This document shows, in pieces, positions 27,546-40,180 of a DNA stretch of 64,000 nt. This DNA comes from Octopus sinensis (taxonomy: Eukaryota), in assembly GCF_006345805.1 (NCBI RefSeq), contig NC_043002.1:70370001-70434000 (forward strand). The letters are read 5' to 3'. Made by a program: the position numbers and the translations under genes. Below the pieces are notes generated by a model. The model made no database searches. It saw only the letters and a program-made list of their open reading frames with translations, and had not been told where the DNA came from. Positions within the stretch are counted from its first letter, which is position 1, and every line of letters begins with the position of its first letter.

Positions 27546-27981
27546 CTATACTAGTGAAATATTATTCATTGCACATGGTATGAAGATGGAGTTTAAACAT
27601 ACAGTATTGAACACAGTCTCAACGTATGGATTTATATATACATATCCGTACATAAATTCTTTTCTTTTGCCAAATAAACACACGCACTATATATTTGTTC
27701 TTCACTCGTTTATTACTGTTCTTATTCAAACTCATGTCCATTGTCCGGAAATCTTTCGTCACACATCTGTGACCTCTTCAGCAACATTAGTCCATTATGT
27801 CCTTCTATGATATGTATCCTTAGATGCACATGCATTTGCGTCTGTGTTTGTGTGTGTGTATGTGTGTGTGTATACATGTGTGCGTACATGATCATCCCGA
27901 AAGACAACAATATCTGTTTCAACACACGGTTTTACATCAAGAATCTTGCAGCACAAATTTGTAAACACACACACACACACA

Positions 27982-28013
<32 letters not shown>

Positions 28014-28099
28014 AACATACATATATGTGTATGTGTACACACACACACACACACTTAGAGTATGGTTCTTTGACTTCTTTCTACAGGGTAAGAATTAAT

Positions 28100-29226
28100 G
28101 TGTTGCTACAAACAGTCTCCTTTCTGCCAAATGGCCTATCATGTGTGGTGTACCGCAAAGTACGGTACAAAGATCATTATTAATTATCATCATACTGTCA
28201 GGTATAAGCTTAGAGTTGCTTTAAGCGCATCAAACGTACTACGCCGAAGACACAAAAGTATCGATGACTATCCAAATTTCAGAAGATACTGTCACACTCC
28301 AAACTGAGCTAAATCTCAGTTCTCGATTGGCTGGTGAAAATGATTTTAAATGAAATTCAGTAGATCGAAATTTCAGGTTGTTTATTACGGAATCGAAATG
28401 TACAATATAAATTATTGGACACCTGTAAATACAACGACTGGAAACTCAAATAAATACAGGTCTTAAGAGTTATCATGTCACCATGATGCATTTTTCATCG
28501 GCCACATAAACTTGATCTCCAAGTGCAGCCATCTCGTCTGATGGTTCTTAAGAACATTCATAACACGAAAACCTTTAGCTATACTCATTTCACAGAAAAC
28601 CTTAGTTTCCAGTAGACTAGATTACTGCTCGTATACTGGGTCTCCAAACACACCCGGTCTTACAGATGAAATTGAAAGGTTAAAGAGAACCTTCAGAAGC
28701 ATGATGACTTCAGTTAAAGAATTTCATTACCGGTAACATATGAAAGCTCTACGTCTATGCTCCTTTGAACAATGAAAAGAGAGATATATTATTATTTACG
28801 AAGAGAAGCTGGAAGATCATATTGCAAACTTTGGCATTAAAGAAAACTTTCATGCAAAAACTGGTATACACTGCCAGCTTCCAGACATTCCCCCTTTAAA
28901 TTACAAGTAAGCACACAATACAGCAACAATCTGATATTTAGAGTTCCTCAAATATTCACTTGCCGGTCTAAATAAATTAGAAGCATAAAAAGGACTTCTA
29001 TCAAAATAAATAAGACATCATTGAATGATTCTCTGAGCAAAGAGCCGGACCATTCAAATATACAAGGTTACAATTAGAAAAGATCATCCAATGCCAACTT
29101 CCATATAAAGAACTACACCATAACTAAGAGGAAAAAATATATAAATATGCCATACAATACAACAAATGAAGAACAAGGTGCTGCTCCAGCATGTCCGTAG
29201 TCGATGAACTGAAACCACATAAACAA
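28100..29226 (+). mobile_element. Degenerate CR1-like LINE 3' portion (RT C-terminal half, 3'UTR and tail)
   Basis: YAEDTKV at about 28240-28260 (YADD motif), LQTELN..W, LVSSRLDYCS..SP, SFEQ.KERYII, then the tail ggtgctgctccagcatgtccgtagtcgatgaactgaaac. Confidence 0.75.
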
Positions 29227-29230
29227 TACA

Positions 29231-29304
<74 letters not shown>

Positions 29305-29308
<4 letters not shown>

Positions 29309-30225
29309 ATTCTTTTATTTGCTTTAGTCATTTTGACTGCGGCTATGCCTTTAGTCGATTAAGTCGCCCCCAGGACTTAATCTTTGTAAGCCTAATACTT
29401 ATTCTATCGCTGTCTTTTCCCGAAGCCCTTAGTTACCTGCACATAAAAACACCACCATAGGCTGTCAAGCGATATTGAGAGGTGGACAAACGCACGCACA
29501 TACACACACACACACACACGTATATATATGACAGGCTTCTTACAGTTTCCGTCTACCAAATCTACACACAAGGCTCATGTCAGTCCGAGACTATAGTAGC
29601 AGACACTTGCCCGAGGTGCCACGAAGTGGGACTGAACCCTAAACCACGTGGTTGGTAAGCAAGTTACTTGCAACAAAGCCACTTCTGCACCTTACTCTCT
29701 CTCCTCTCTCTCTCTACACACACACATATATATATATATATGTGTATGTTCACACATGCACATACTCTTATTCTTTTATTATTTCACTTGTTTCAGTCAT
29801 TTGATTGTGGTCATGCTGGAGCACCGCCTTAAAGGGTTTTAGTCGAAGACATCAACCGCAGGACTTATTCTTTGGAAGCGCAGTACTTATTCCATCGGTC
29901 TGTTTTACCGAACCGCTAAGTCACAGGGACGAAACACACCAGCATCGATTGTCAAATGGTGATGAGGTGGACAAATACAGATACACACACGGGGTGTGCG
30001 GTAAGTAGCTTACTTACCAAACAACATGGTTCCAGGTTCAATCCCTCTGCGTGGCATTTTGGGCAAATGTCTTCTACTATAGCCTCGGGCCGTCTAATGC
30101 CTTGTGAGACGGGAACTGAATGAAGTCCGTTATATATAGCACAAGACAGGTGCCCAAAGTGCCAGGTAGTGGAACAGAACTGGAAACCATGCAGTTCAAA
30201 ACAGCCACGCCTGCGCCTATAATAG
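29305..30225. mobile_element. Cluster of SINE family B copies and fragments (mixed orientation)
   Basis: Minus copy 29305-29695, minus 3' part 29770-30000, plus head about 29995-30120, minus head about 30140-30220. Confidence 0.8.
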
Positions 30226-30282
30226 ACATATATATGTGTATCTCTTTCTCTCTCGCTACATACATACATATATACATAATAT

Positions 30283-30375
<93 letters not shown>

Positions 30376-31015
30376 TAACGGGAAGCTTTATGAAAATAAA
30401 CAAAAGACGAAGGCAGGTGGAATACAAACAAACATTTGTATTAGTATGGCGCTCAGGAATATAAATAAAACAAGTCTTTTACGTTTCGAGCCTACGCTTT
30501 TCAACAGAAAGATACACGGAGAGAAACAAGGAGAGAAAAACATGCGTGCAGAAGCTAGCGATTCAACATGGCAATCTGATTCCGGCCAGAAGTCAGAGAT
30601 CAGACGTGAGAGCGAAGGTAGGGGAGATAAGAAGGTCAAATGACTTCGCCCCAACATAAGGGTGCGTGTGTGTATGAGAGAGTATGTAGTGCGTGTGAAA
30701 GGTCTGGACGTGTGTATGTATGTATGATGTGATGTGTAATGTCGTATGGTGTAGTGTAGAGAGAGGAGATGAGGGGGAGAGGGGAGGAGGAGGGAGGAGA
30801 AATGAGGGGGAGGGTATCAGGGGGGAAAGAGGGGGAGAAGGAAAGAGGGAAGAAGAAAGAGGAAAGAAGAGGAGGGAAGAAGGGAAGAGGAGGGGAGTTG
30901 AGACCAAATGGCGTAAAAGAGCGAAGAGAGAAGATTAATCCCTGTTCACGGGAATTCGGATGGCCTCTGTGCAAGGACAAACCGATAACAGACAGGTGTT
31001 GCCAGGAGTACATAT
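30376..31015 (-). mobile_element. Penelope-like element 3' fragment (end of the GIY-YIG ORF plus 3'UTR with a hammerhead motif)
   Basis: ORF 30636-31013 begins YSWQHLSVIGLSLHRGHPNSREQGLIFSLRSFTPFGLN, matching the PLE GIY-YIG C-terminus pattern RE..LI..L.T..P.GLN. It ends in (TA)n. Confidence 0.75.
30475..30512 (-). ncRNA. Minimal type I hammerhead ribozyme motif (HHR1)
   Basis: tcttt-ctgttga-a-aagc-gtag-gctc-gaa-acgt-a-aaaga: 5-bp stem I, variant core, stem II with a lost G-C pair, and palindromic ACGT stem III. Confidence 0.55.
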
Positions 31016-31029
31016 ATAATAGTATAATC

Positions 31030-31063
<34 letters not shown>

Positions 31064-31158
31064 ATATATAATTATATATATAATATATAGGTATATATAT
31101 ATATATATAATATATATATATATATATAATATATATAGTATATATATATATGTATATA

Positions 31159-31215
<57 letters not shown>

Positions 31216-31420
31216 ACGGGAAGGTTTACGAAAATAACAAAGACGAAGGCAGGTGGAGTACAAACAAGCAAATGTATTAGTATGGCGCTCAGGAATAGAA
31301 ATAGAACAAGTCTTTTACGTTTCGAGCTATACTAGCTCTTCGACAGAAATATATACACAGAAAAGAAACAAGGAGAGTAACAAAGAGTGAAACAAATGCG
31401 TTGTAGGAGCTAATGTGTGT
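31216..31420 (-). mobile_element. PLE 3'-end fragment, same family as 30376-30530
   Basis: About 150-bp direct repeat of 30376-30530 (roughly 85% identical by eye), ending in (TA)n. Confidence 0.7.
31311..31351 (-). ncRNA. Minimal type I hammerhead ribozyme motif (HHR2)
   Basis: tattt-ctgtcga-a-gagcta-gta-tagctc-gaa-acgt-a-aaaga, with a perfect 6-bp stem II. Confidence 0.6.
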
Positions 31421-31453
31421 ATAGTATGCATGTATATATATTATATATATAGA

Positions 31454-31504
<51 letters not shown>

Positions 31505-31550
31505 GATATATGTATATATATATAATATATGTATAATATTTATATATATC

Positions 31551-31582
<32 letters not shown>

Positions 31583-31589
31583 AATCCAA

Positions 31590-32500
31590 AAGGAAACAAA
31601 AAAACACAACAACAGGAACAATTACAGTATTATTATTAATAGGCGCTCAGGAGATGGAAGCAGGGAGTATGACGTTTCGAGGAGCTCTTCGTCGAAACAT
31701 AAAGAAGGAAGAGAGAGGAAAGAAAGATCCCAGAGCGGGCAACAGGGAAAGAGAAAACGACGACTGGTGTTTACGAGTTGCACATGGTGAAGGCGGATGT
31801 TGACGTAACAAGAGCAAAGTGGGTTTTTAAAGGCAAAAGAGTGGAGACAAGGTTGGTAACCCAACAGATGTGTGTGTATGTGTGAGTGTGTGCATGTGCG
31901 TGTGTGTATGTGTGTGTGTGAGGCGAGATGAAAAAAACAAAAAAATAAAAAAAAATAAAAATATAGGTGTGTGTTAGTGGTGCGTCTGTGTGTAGGCGTG
32001 TGAGGTAGGGCGAGACTAGTGGTCAGCTAGCAGACAAGAAAAAAGAAGGAAGGAGGAAGGGGGTCAGTAGTAAGAAAAAGAAGGAAGGAGGAGGGAGGGA
32101 GGGGAAGGGTGGGGGCGTATGTAGCGTGCAGCGTGTGTTGAGTAGTAGTGTGTGTGTGTGTCCAGTGTCGTGGTGGTATTAATGAGTAGATTGAATGTGT
32201 GTAAGAGTGATGTAATATATAGGCAAGGTGTGTATATGTGTGCGCGTGTGTGTAACGAAAAAAAAGGGGGGGGGTTAAGGAAAAGGACTCCAGCTGAGGG
32301 AAGATGGAAGAGTGGTACCGCGGAGACAGGCGTGGGAAAACCCAACGACACGCGACGGTCCCAGGAACGGGCGGGAGGTCTCGTCAGGTCCAAGGGCGAG
32401 GTGTATGCGACGCGTATGCAACGCGAGCCGGCGTAACGTACAGACGCATACACAACGAATGAGAGGGGGAACGGCAGACAGACATAAAGTGATAAGATAA
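31590..32500 (-). mobile_element. PLE-like 3' fragment with a degraded hammerhead at 31667-31700
   Basis: tatgttt-c(t)gacga-a-gagctcctc-gaa-acgt-c-atac followed by the family motif cctgagcgcc; pyrimidine-rich UTR; (TA)n flanks. Confidence 0.5.
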
Positions 32501-32597
32501 AATACACTGCTATATGATATTTGACTATTTATTCTATATCGTTTATATTGATTACAAACCCCATTTGACATATAATCAATATATATATATATATATA

Positions 32598-32643
<46 letters not shown>

Positions 32644-32715
32644 TATGTATATGTATATATATATCGTATCTATATCTATATATATACTATATATATATAT
32701 ATATATTATTATATA

Positions 32716-32776
<61 letters not shown>

Positions 32777-32931
32777 GTAAATATATGTTTATGTACATAT
32801 ACATATGTGCGTGTATGTCTATGTATCTATGTACGAGAAGTGAAAGGGGGTACAGACCGATATACAATGTGAGAGGAAAATAAATAGATTGTGACATAAA
32901 ATCAATCTGTTTTTTAATTGATAGTATAAAT

Positions 32932-32963
<32 letters not shown>

Positions 32964-33689
32964 TTGTGTGCGTGCATGTATGTGTTTATCTGTGGATATA
33001 TATATACATATATGGAGTTAGATAAAGAGAAAGAGAGAGAGTGATACTGAGATAGAGAAAGGTAAAGACAAAGTAGGAGAGACACAGACAATTATACATA
33101 TATAAAGAGAAGGAATGATAAATATATTCAGTAAAATATATCTATATCTTTCTATTTCTTTTTAATTGAGACAAAATATTATTTTGTATGAAGATGTTGT
33201 CAGACAGTAAATTGGGAAAAAGCGGGAATAACAAATATGAATGTTGAATTGTGAACACAACAACTACAACAACAACAACAATTACAAACGTATTGATTTC
33301 TTTCAACCACAATAAAGATTTCTTATAAATGTAACAATAAGGATGGAAGACAAAAATCAAAGTAAAATATTGAAAAGAACCAGTAGTGTTTTTCTAGTTT
33401 TCCATTAAGTTATTTACCACAGAACATTCAAATGAAACTGTTAAAGTTCTTCCTGTTGTCACATCTAGCATATCTATAGAAATATCTAATGATTTCTAAA
33501 ACGTATAACGGTGTAATAATGATTAATAATTGAAATGTCATATACTCGAGGTTGAAATAACTGATATAAAATAAACTGAAGTTGAGAGTTTATCGTTATG
33601 TCTATTATGGGAAGGAGAAATTATAACACAAAATAAAAAAATTTAAAAAAAACATAAAGAAAATACAGTAAAAACTAACCAATCTCATG

Positions 33690-33887
33690 ATTCTGCATTC
33701 AGTCCCACTACGTAGCACCTTGGGCAAATGTCTTTTACTATAGCCTCAGGGCGACCGAAGCCTTGTGAGAGGATTTGGTAGAGGAAACTGAAAGAAGCTT
33801 GTCGTATATATATATATATATATATAATATATATGTCTGTGTATGTAATAATATATATACTAATATTGTTTATTTACTAAATTAATA

Positions 33888-33953
<66 letters not shown>

Positions 33954-34283
33954 TATGTATGTATGTATGTATGTATGTGTGTATGTGTATATGTGTCTGT
34001 CATTGTTATTTGTGTCTGTGTTTGTGCTTCCACCATCACTTGGCAAACGATGGTGGGCGGACAAACACAGACACACACAAACATGCACACACGCACACAC
34101 ACACGCACACACACACATGTATACGATGGGCTTCTTTCAGTTTCCTGCAACCAAATCCATTCACAAGGCTTCGGTAGGCCCAAGGCTATAGTAGAAGACA
34201 CTCGCCTAAGTTGCCACGCAGTGGGACTGAACCCGGAACCCTGTTGTTCGTAAGTTAGCTAGTTACTACACACCCTCTCCTGC

Positions 34284-34290
<7 letters not shown>
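33690..34290. mobile_element. SINE family B head (+, 33690-33805) and a near-complete copy (-, 33990-34290)
   Basis: Match to the family B head and body. Confidence 0.8.
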
Positions 34291-34324
<34 letters not shown>

Positions 34325-34333
34325 ATATATATA

Positions 34334-34772
34334 CTAGCAGTATTGCCCGGCGTTGCTCGGTTTGTTTTAGTTGTGTTTAAAATGGCAGACTTTGATGTCG
34401 CATTAACAAGGTTGTGACATAGTTTCAATCTTTCTAGAAAACTAAAAATTTTGCATTATGTAGCTTGTTATTCTCTTTAAGTGAACATTTTTCTGGTTGA
34501 AATACACCGGAAAATAGCGACACAGAGGTAAAAAAAATCGTAAAAAATAAGTATTTCTATAGAAAAAAAGCACCTTTTTGAGGTAGATAATTTTTGGTCT
34601 TAACATGGTCCGATTTGAACTTTTTCTTCTACGGAATGAAGACCAAGCCTTCTTCTATCATACTTTCAATTTTGGTCAACTTGCACCGTAGTGTCTCGGA
34701 GGAGATAGTGTTAGTTGAAGGCTACAAAACCTACCACACACACAAGACAACTTCAGCGTTTTATGTATCTAA
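34334..34772 (-). mobile_element. Non-autonomous Helitron
   Basis: Minus-strand 3' end ccgagcaacgccgggcaatactgctag|t (hairpin + CTAG); the 5' end is degenerate. Confidence 0.7.
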
Positions 34773-34840
<68 letters not shown>

Positions 34841-35058
34841 TCGTTATTTAAATACCGATCATATCAAACGGCCAGCTTGGGAATAAAAATCTTATAGGTA
34901 ATAATTATTATTAAAAATATAATTAAGGGTATCTAAAAGATTCCACCATGCTAGAGATAGTGGTCAAAACCTGACTCTAAAAGCACATCAAGTATTCATA
35001 CAGCACCAGGAGAAAAGACAAACAGACAAATAAACTGGCAAAAGATTATTAGATAATA

Positions 35059-35110
35059 CCAGATCTAGATTTCTGGCATTGCATAACAATATAGTCCGCC
35101 TCTTCAGCGG
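35059..35110 (-). ncRNA. Hammerhead motif, second family (HHR5)
   Basis: ccg-ctgaaga-ggc-(20 nt)-gcc-a-gaa-atctagat-c-tgg: canonical CUGAAGA core and 8-nt palindromic stem III. Confidence 0.55.
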
Positions 35111-35133
35111 GGTATACACAGAAAGTACATAAT

Positions 35134-35216
<83 letters not shown>

Positions 35217-35441
35217 TAAATTAAATTAGAGATAAAACCACTATTAGGCAAATCAAACATTGAAAAACATAAACCAAAACATAAAAATAAAAATATTATA
35301 TAATATACAAAATATATAAAATATAAAATATTTAAATTTAAAATTAATAAATTATATTTAAATTTAAATAATTTTTTTAATATATATAACTATCAAAAAG
35401 AATTAAAAAGTTTAATATAAGATAAAGTAAAACTACTACGA

Positions 35442-35478
<37 letters not shown>

Positions 35479-35524
35479 TATATGTATATAAATATATATA
35501 TATATTATATGATATAATTATATA

Positions 35525-35589
<65 letters not shown>

Positions 35590-35591
<2 letters not shown>

Positions 35592-36279
35592 TAGAAAAAA
35601 TACAAACTGCGACATGAACGTAATAAAACATTTAGAAGACGATACAAAAAACACGGACGGGACATTCGAAGCCTTCAATCTTCAGTCAAGAACCGGATCA
35701 TCCTCGCAATTTCGGCTGATTAATCTTGAGATCGCTCCGATCCGGCCAGCCCCAAGGAAAAACTAAGCTACGAGCATTAGATTTCTTGGAAAAAGGGATC
35801 GAATGTATACGAAACAAGGACAGAAAAACGGACGATGCCACACGAATATAAATACAAAAAACAATAATAGTAATAACAGGACAAAAACAGCGGGTGTCTT
35901 ACGACTTTAGACAGTTCAACGAAGCTAGCTGGCGTATTTGGAAAAACATGCCTGTAGCGGCAGACGAAGAAAACGATGTTGTCGTGGCGGTGGTCAGAAG
36001 CCGAAAGGCTGGTTGACTGGTGGTCACTTGAGAGGAGAAGAGAGAGAAAAAAGGGGGCAAAGGAATCAAAGAGAGAAAGCGAAAAAAAGAGGGACAAAGG
36101 CACCAAAGGGGGGAGAAGAGAGAGAAAGAAGGAATTAAAGAGGGGAGAAGAAAGAGAGCGTGCCAAGGATTGGCTTGGCGACAGAATCAGTGAGATGCAA
36201 AGTGAGAAAGACAGAAAAATGTGAGATAGTGGGGGAAGAGGAGACCAAAGAATCAGAGGCAAGAAAAGAGAAAAGGAGG

Positions 36280-36316
<37 letters not shown>

Positions 36317-36400
36317 ACAGATGAAAGTGGAGTGCAAAGTGTGAAAGGTGGAGAAATGTAGGAGAGGTGGGAGAGAGAGACAGTGTTATAGAGTCGTACC
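35590..36400 (-). mobile_element. PLE-like 3' fragment
   Basis: Pyrimidine-rich UTR on the minus strand ending in (TA)n. Its terminal motif (aatacaaactg..gaacgtaa..acatttagaagac) recurs at about 36474. Confidence 0.45.
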
Positions 36401-36534
36401 AAATTTAAAGAAATATGTACTTACATACAAGGCCAAAAAGGGTACGGGCGTCGCTATATATATTATATGTAGAAAAATACAAACTGGGACAAGAACGTAA
36501 AACATTTAGAAGACATACACTTTCTGTGTATATG

Positions 36535-36586
36535 CCACTGAAGAGGCAGAATATATTGTTATGCAAAGCCAGTAATCTAGATCTGG
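36535..36586 (+). ncRNA. Hammerhead motif, second family (HHR6; GAA mutated to GTA)
   Basis: cca-ctgaaga-ggc-(20 nt)-gcc-a-gta-atctagat-c-tgg. Confidence 0.45.
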
Positions 36587-36859
36587 GATTATCCAATAAT
36601 TTTTTGCTAGTTTATTTGACTCATTGTCTTTTCTGGTGCTGTATGACTACTTGATGTGGTTTTAGAGTCAAGTTTTGACTGCTATCTCTAGCATAGTTGT
36701 ATCTTTTAGATACTCTTATATATATATATATATATATAGGCTCTAGTCGTTAAAGACATTTTCACTTCCCGAGCGTTAAACTAATACATCTGTTTGGTGT
36801 CTACACCACCTGTCTTCGTCTTTTGTTTCTTTTTGTGAATTCTCACTATGTATCATTAT

Positions 36860-37200
36860 ATTTTATCTTTTACTTGTTTCAGGCATTAGACTGCGACCAA
36901 GATGGAGTTCCCCGTTCAAGAATTATTAGTCGAATGTATCGACACTTGTATTTATATTTGAAAGTCTGGTACTTATTGTATGGCACTTTTTGCCGAACAG
37001 CTAGCTTAGGTGAACGTAAACGCACCAGCACCGATTATCAAGCAATGGTGGGGGAGCAATCATAGACACAAAGAAACACACACACACACCTATTTATACG
37101 ACAGGCTTCGTTTAGCTTCAGTTTACCAAATCCACTCACAAGGCTTTGGTCTGTCCTAGGCTATAGTAGAAGACACTTGCCGAAGTGTACGTCTTAATGG
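36860..37200 (-). mobile_element. SINE family B copy
   Basis: Family B body and tail; the head is missing where a family A SINE follows. Confidence 0.75.
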
Positions 37201-37211
37201 TACAGAACCCT

Positions 37212-37431
37212 GGCAGAAACGTTAGCACGCCGGGCGAAATGCTTAGCGGTATTTCGTCTGCCGCTACGTTCTGAGTTCAAATTCCGCCGAGGTCGACTTT
37301 ACCTTTCATCCTTTCGGGGTCGAAAAATTACGTACCAGTTACGCAGTGGGGTCGATATAATCGACTTAATCCGTTTGTCTGTCCTTGTTTGTCCTCTCTG
37401 TGTTTAGCCCCTTGTGGGTAGTAAAGAAATA
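37212..37431 (+). mobile_element. Young SINE family A copy with a 13-bp TSD
   Basis: ggtacagaaccct at 37199-37211 and 37432-37444. Confidence 0.92.
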
Positions 37432-37589
37432 GGTACAGAACCCTCAGCTCCAAATTGAGAAGTAAATGTTTCGATTATCGGTAGCGTCTTGCAGGCTACG
37501 TTTGTCCTGTCTTTCTAAGGGTATTTGCCCAATCTTCTAAGCTGTTTTCATAACTATTCTGCATTCCAGATTTACTTTATTTTCTGTTG

Positions 37590-37935
37590 AATGCCAAATT
37601 TCTAACTTTGATATATACAGGAGCACTTCGTCGGTTACGACGACGAGGGTCCCAGCTGATTCAATCAACGGAACAGCCTGCTCGTGAAATTAACGTGCAA
37701 GTGGTTGAGCACTCCACAGACACGTGTACCCTTAATGCAGTTCTCAGGGATATTCAGCGTGACGCAGAGTGTGACAAGGCTGGCCCCTTTGAAATACAGG
37801 TACTACTCATGATTGCCAGATGATTGGACTAGAGCAACGTGAAATAAAGTGTATTACTCAAAGACAACGCATCGCTAGGAATCGAACTCACGACCTAACG
37901 ATCGTGAGCCGAGTGCCCTAACCACTAAGCCACAC
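37590..37935 (-). mobile_element. tRNA-derived SINE family C
   Basis: Reverse complement of tggcttagtggttagggcactcggctcacgatcgttaggtcgtgagttcgattcc (A and B boxes); matches the copy at 57016. Confidence 0.85.
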
Positions 37936-38097
37936 ACACACAGACACATATGTGTGAGTGTGTGTGTTTGAGCATGTGAGTGTGTGAGTAAGTGTATGTA
38001 TATCTTTATATTATAAGCAAACTATAATTATCAAAGGAGACACACGCACTCACGGACAAATACCTACGTACAAACATCATATACACTTACATATATG

Positions 38098-38153
<56 letters not shown>

Positions 38154-38924
38154 TTTTGAGAGAGAGAGAGAGACTGAGAGAGAGGGGGAGAGAGAGACTG
38201 AGAGAAAGAAATAAAGAGTATGTATATAGCAGTTATATATTTTTGAAATTAGGTAATTGTATTTTAAATACTATTTTCATTGTTATCACTAATGGAGATA
38301 TCGCTAATGGAGACTTCTTTTCCTATCTCATTTATTCTTATGACTAGCCCAATTATATTTAAAAACAACTATCTATCTGTCTAGCTATCTATCTATCTAT
38401 CTATCTAATTATTTCTCTCTCTCTATATATATATATATCTACATACACATACACACTCACTCACACCACACACATATATCATAAATGTAATATATTTAAT
38501 TTACATACATATAATAACATATATATATATACTGATATATTATATGTATGTTGTGTGTGTATATTTATATATATACACAACACACGCATATACTTATATG
38601 TATGTATATATATATGTATGCATATATGTTTGTTATGTATATATATATATATATATATATAAATATATATATGTTATATATCTATATATAAAATATATGT
38701 GCATACACACACACATGTGTGTGTGTATGCATGTATATATGTATGGAGAGACAGTGTGACAGAGTATAAGTAATCTATATATATATACACACATCTCTTA
38801 CATCCGATAATTGCAGTTGAAATACTTTTTGCACAATTATCACTAGTGCAGATTTCGTTACATAAAACTTGAGATTTTCTTTATTTGAGAACGATTAAAA
38901 TTTACATGTTTATTTGTCACTTTC

Positions 38925-39000
<76 letters not shown>

Positions 39001-39106
39001 ACTCTCTTTCTGCCTATCCATCTATCTATTTCTCTCTCTTTCTAGAAACATGACTCTCATTTCTAGCAATATTAGTGCTCAGTAACACCCTTTGTCGCTT
39101 TAGAGA

Positions 39107-39142
<36 letters not shown>

Positions 39143-39298
39143 TAATGAAATGGATAAATGAATTATCTTGTTACGGATTATTCAAAATTTAACCGATACC
39201 TGTGTAGTAAAAATCACACCAGAAAAGACACGGTTGAGGTTACGACCATGGGGTTTCGCCCCCGTGCTTCAGCGCGGATAATTGAAGTTTTATATATT

Positions 39299-39536
39299 TA
39301 GTGAAGGGAAGAAATGGAGCCGAACGAAGATTCTACAAAATTCCTTTTTATTATTTTCTACACATGTTTCAAAGGCTGCAAATTCCCAAATTCGGATTGA
39401 ATAAGGAGACCAAGGAGAAAGCTGCAGAATGGTCTCCCTATTCAATCCGAATTTGGGAATTTGCAGCCTTTGAAACATGTGTAGAAAATAATAAAAGGAA
39501 TTTTGTAGAATCTTCGTTCGGCTCCATTTCTTCCCT

Positions 39537-39542
<6 letters not shown>
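39299..39542. repeat. Near-perfect palindrome (114/113-bp arms, 17-nt loop)
   Basis: Arms differ by one substitution and one homopolymer indel; TA-rich tracts on both flanks. Confidence 0.95.
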
Positions 39543-39579
<37 letters not shown>

Positions 39580-40079
39580 TATTTGCGTTTCGGCTGAAAT
39601 ATTGCTAGGAAGCCACCATTATCATTTATAGTTTTCACTTTTACAATATATGAAATCAGCGTATGATTTCTACGGTCATCTTTTAGGCTGATAAGGCGAG
39701 TTGAATTTAACCCTAGGCGCCGGTAAGAGCCACTGAAGAGCATTAATGTAAATGTTAATTCAGTGGTGATCTGGCTATCTCCGGTACTGATGGAGTTTGC
39801 CTCCCTTGCCAGTCATTAAGATAGTACCTATCGTGACTATGCGTTGTTTTGGCTCTCATTTCTAGCAATACTAGTGCTGACTAGCGCCTTTGGTCGGTTT
39901 AATGACGTATATACTTTTGCCTTTCGGTTGAAAAATTGCTAACAAGCCACTCTTAATATATATATATATTATATATATATATATTATATATATATCAACA
40001 ATTGAGGGTAAAATTAATTAATCAATTTCACCAAGTGTTCAGTATGTAAAAGGACCATTTAAGGCGAATTCAAAATATT

Positions 40080-40180
40080 ACATTATATAATTAGGGCTTA
40101 GTAAAATAAATTACTTTGCCACATACTAAGTCCAGTATGTGGCAAAGTAATTTATTTTACTAAGCCCTAATTATATAATG

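Noticed and set aside
30376-31370. 150-bp direct repeats as a true LTR pair
   Set aside because: They are visibly diverged and each is separately embedded in (TA)n; independent PLE 3' ends are more parsimonious.
35650-35770. ctgaaga..cgaa and ggctg..cagccgaaa motifs on the minus strand
   Set aside because: I could not assemble a complete core with stems I-III.
39245-39285. Hammerhead-like ctgaagcacgggggcgaaaccccatggtc on the minus strand
   Set aside because: The core is altered and the second GAAA is missing; at most a decayed remnant.
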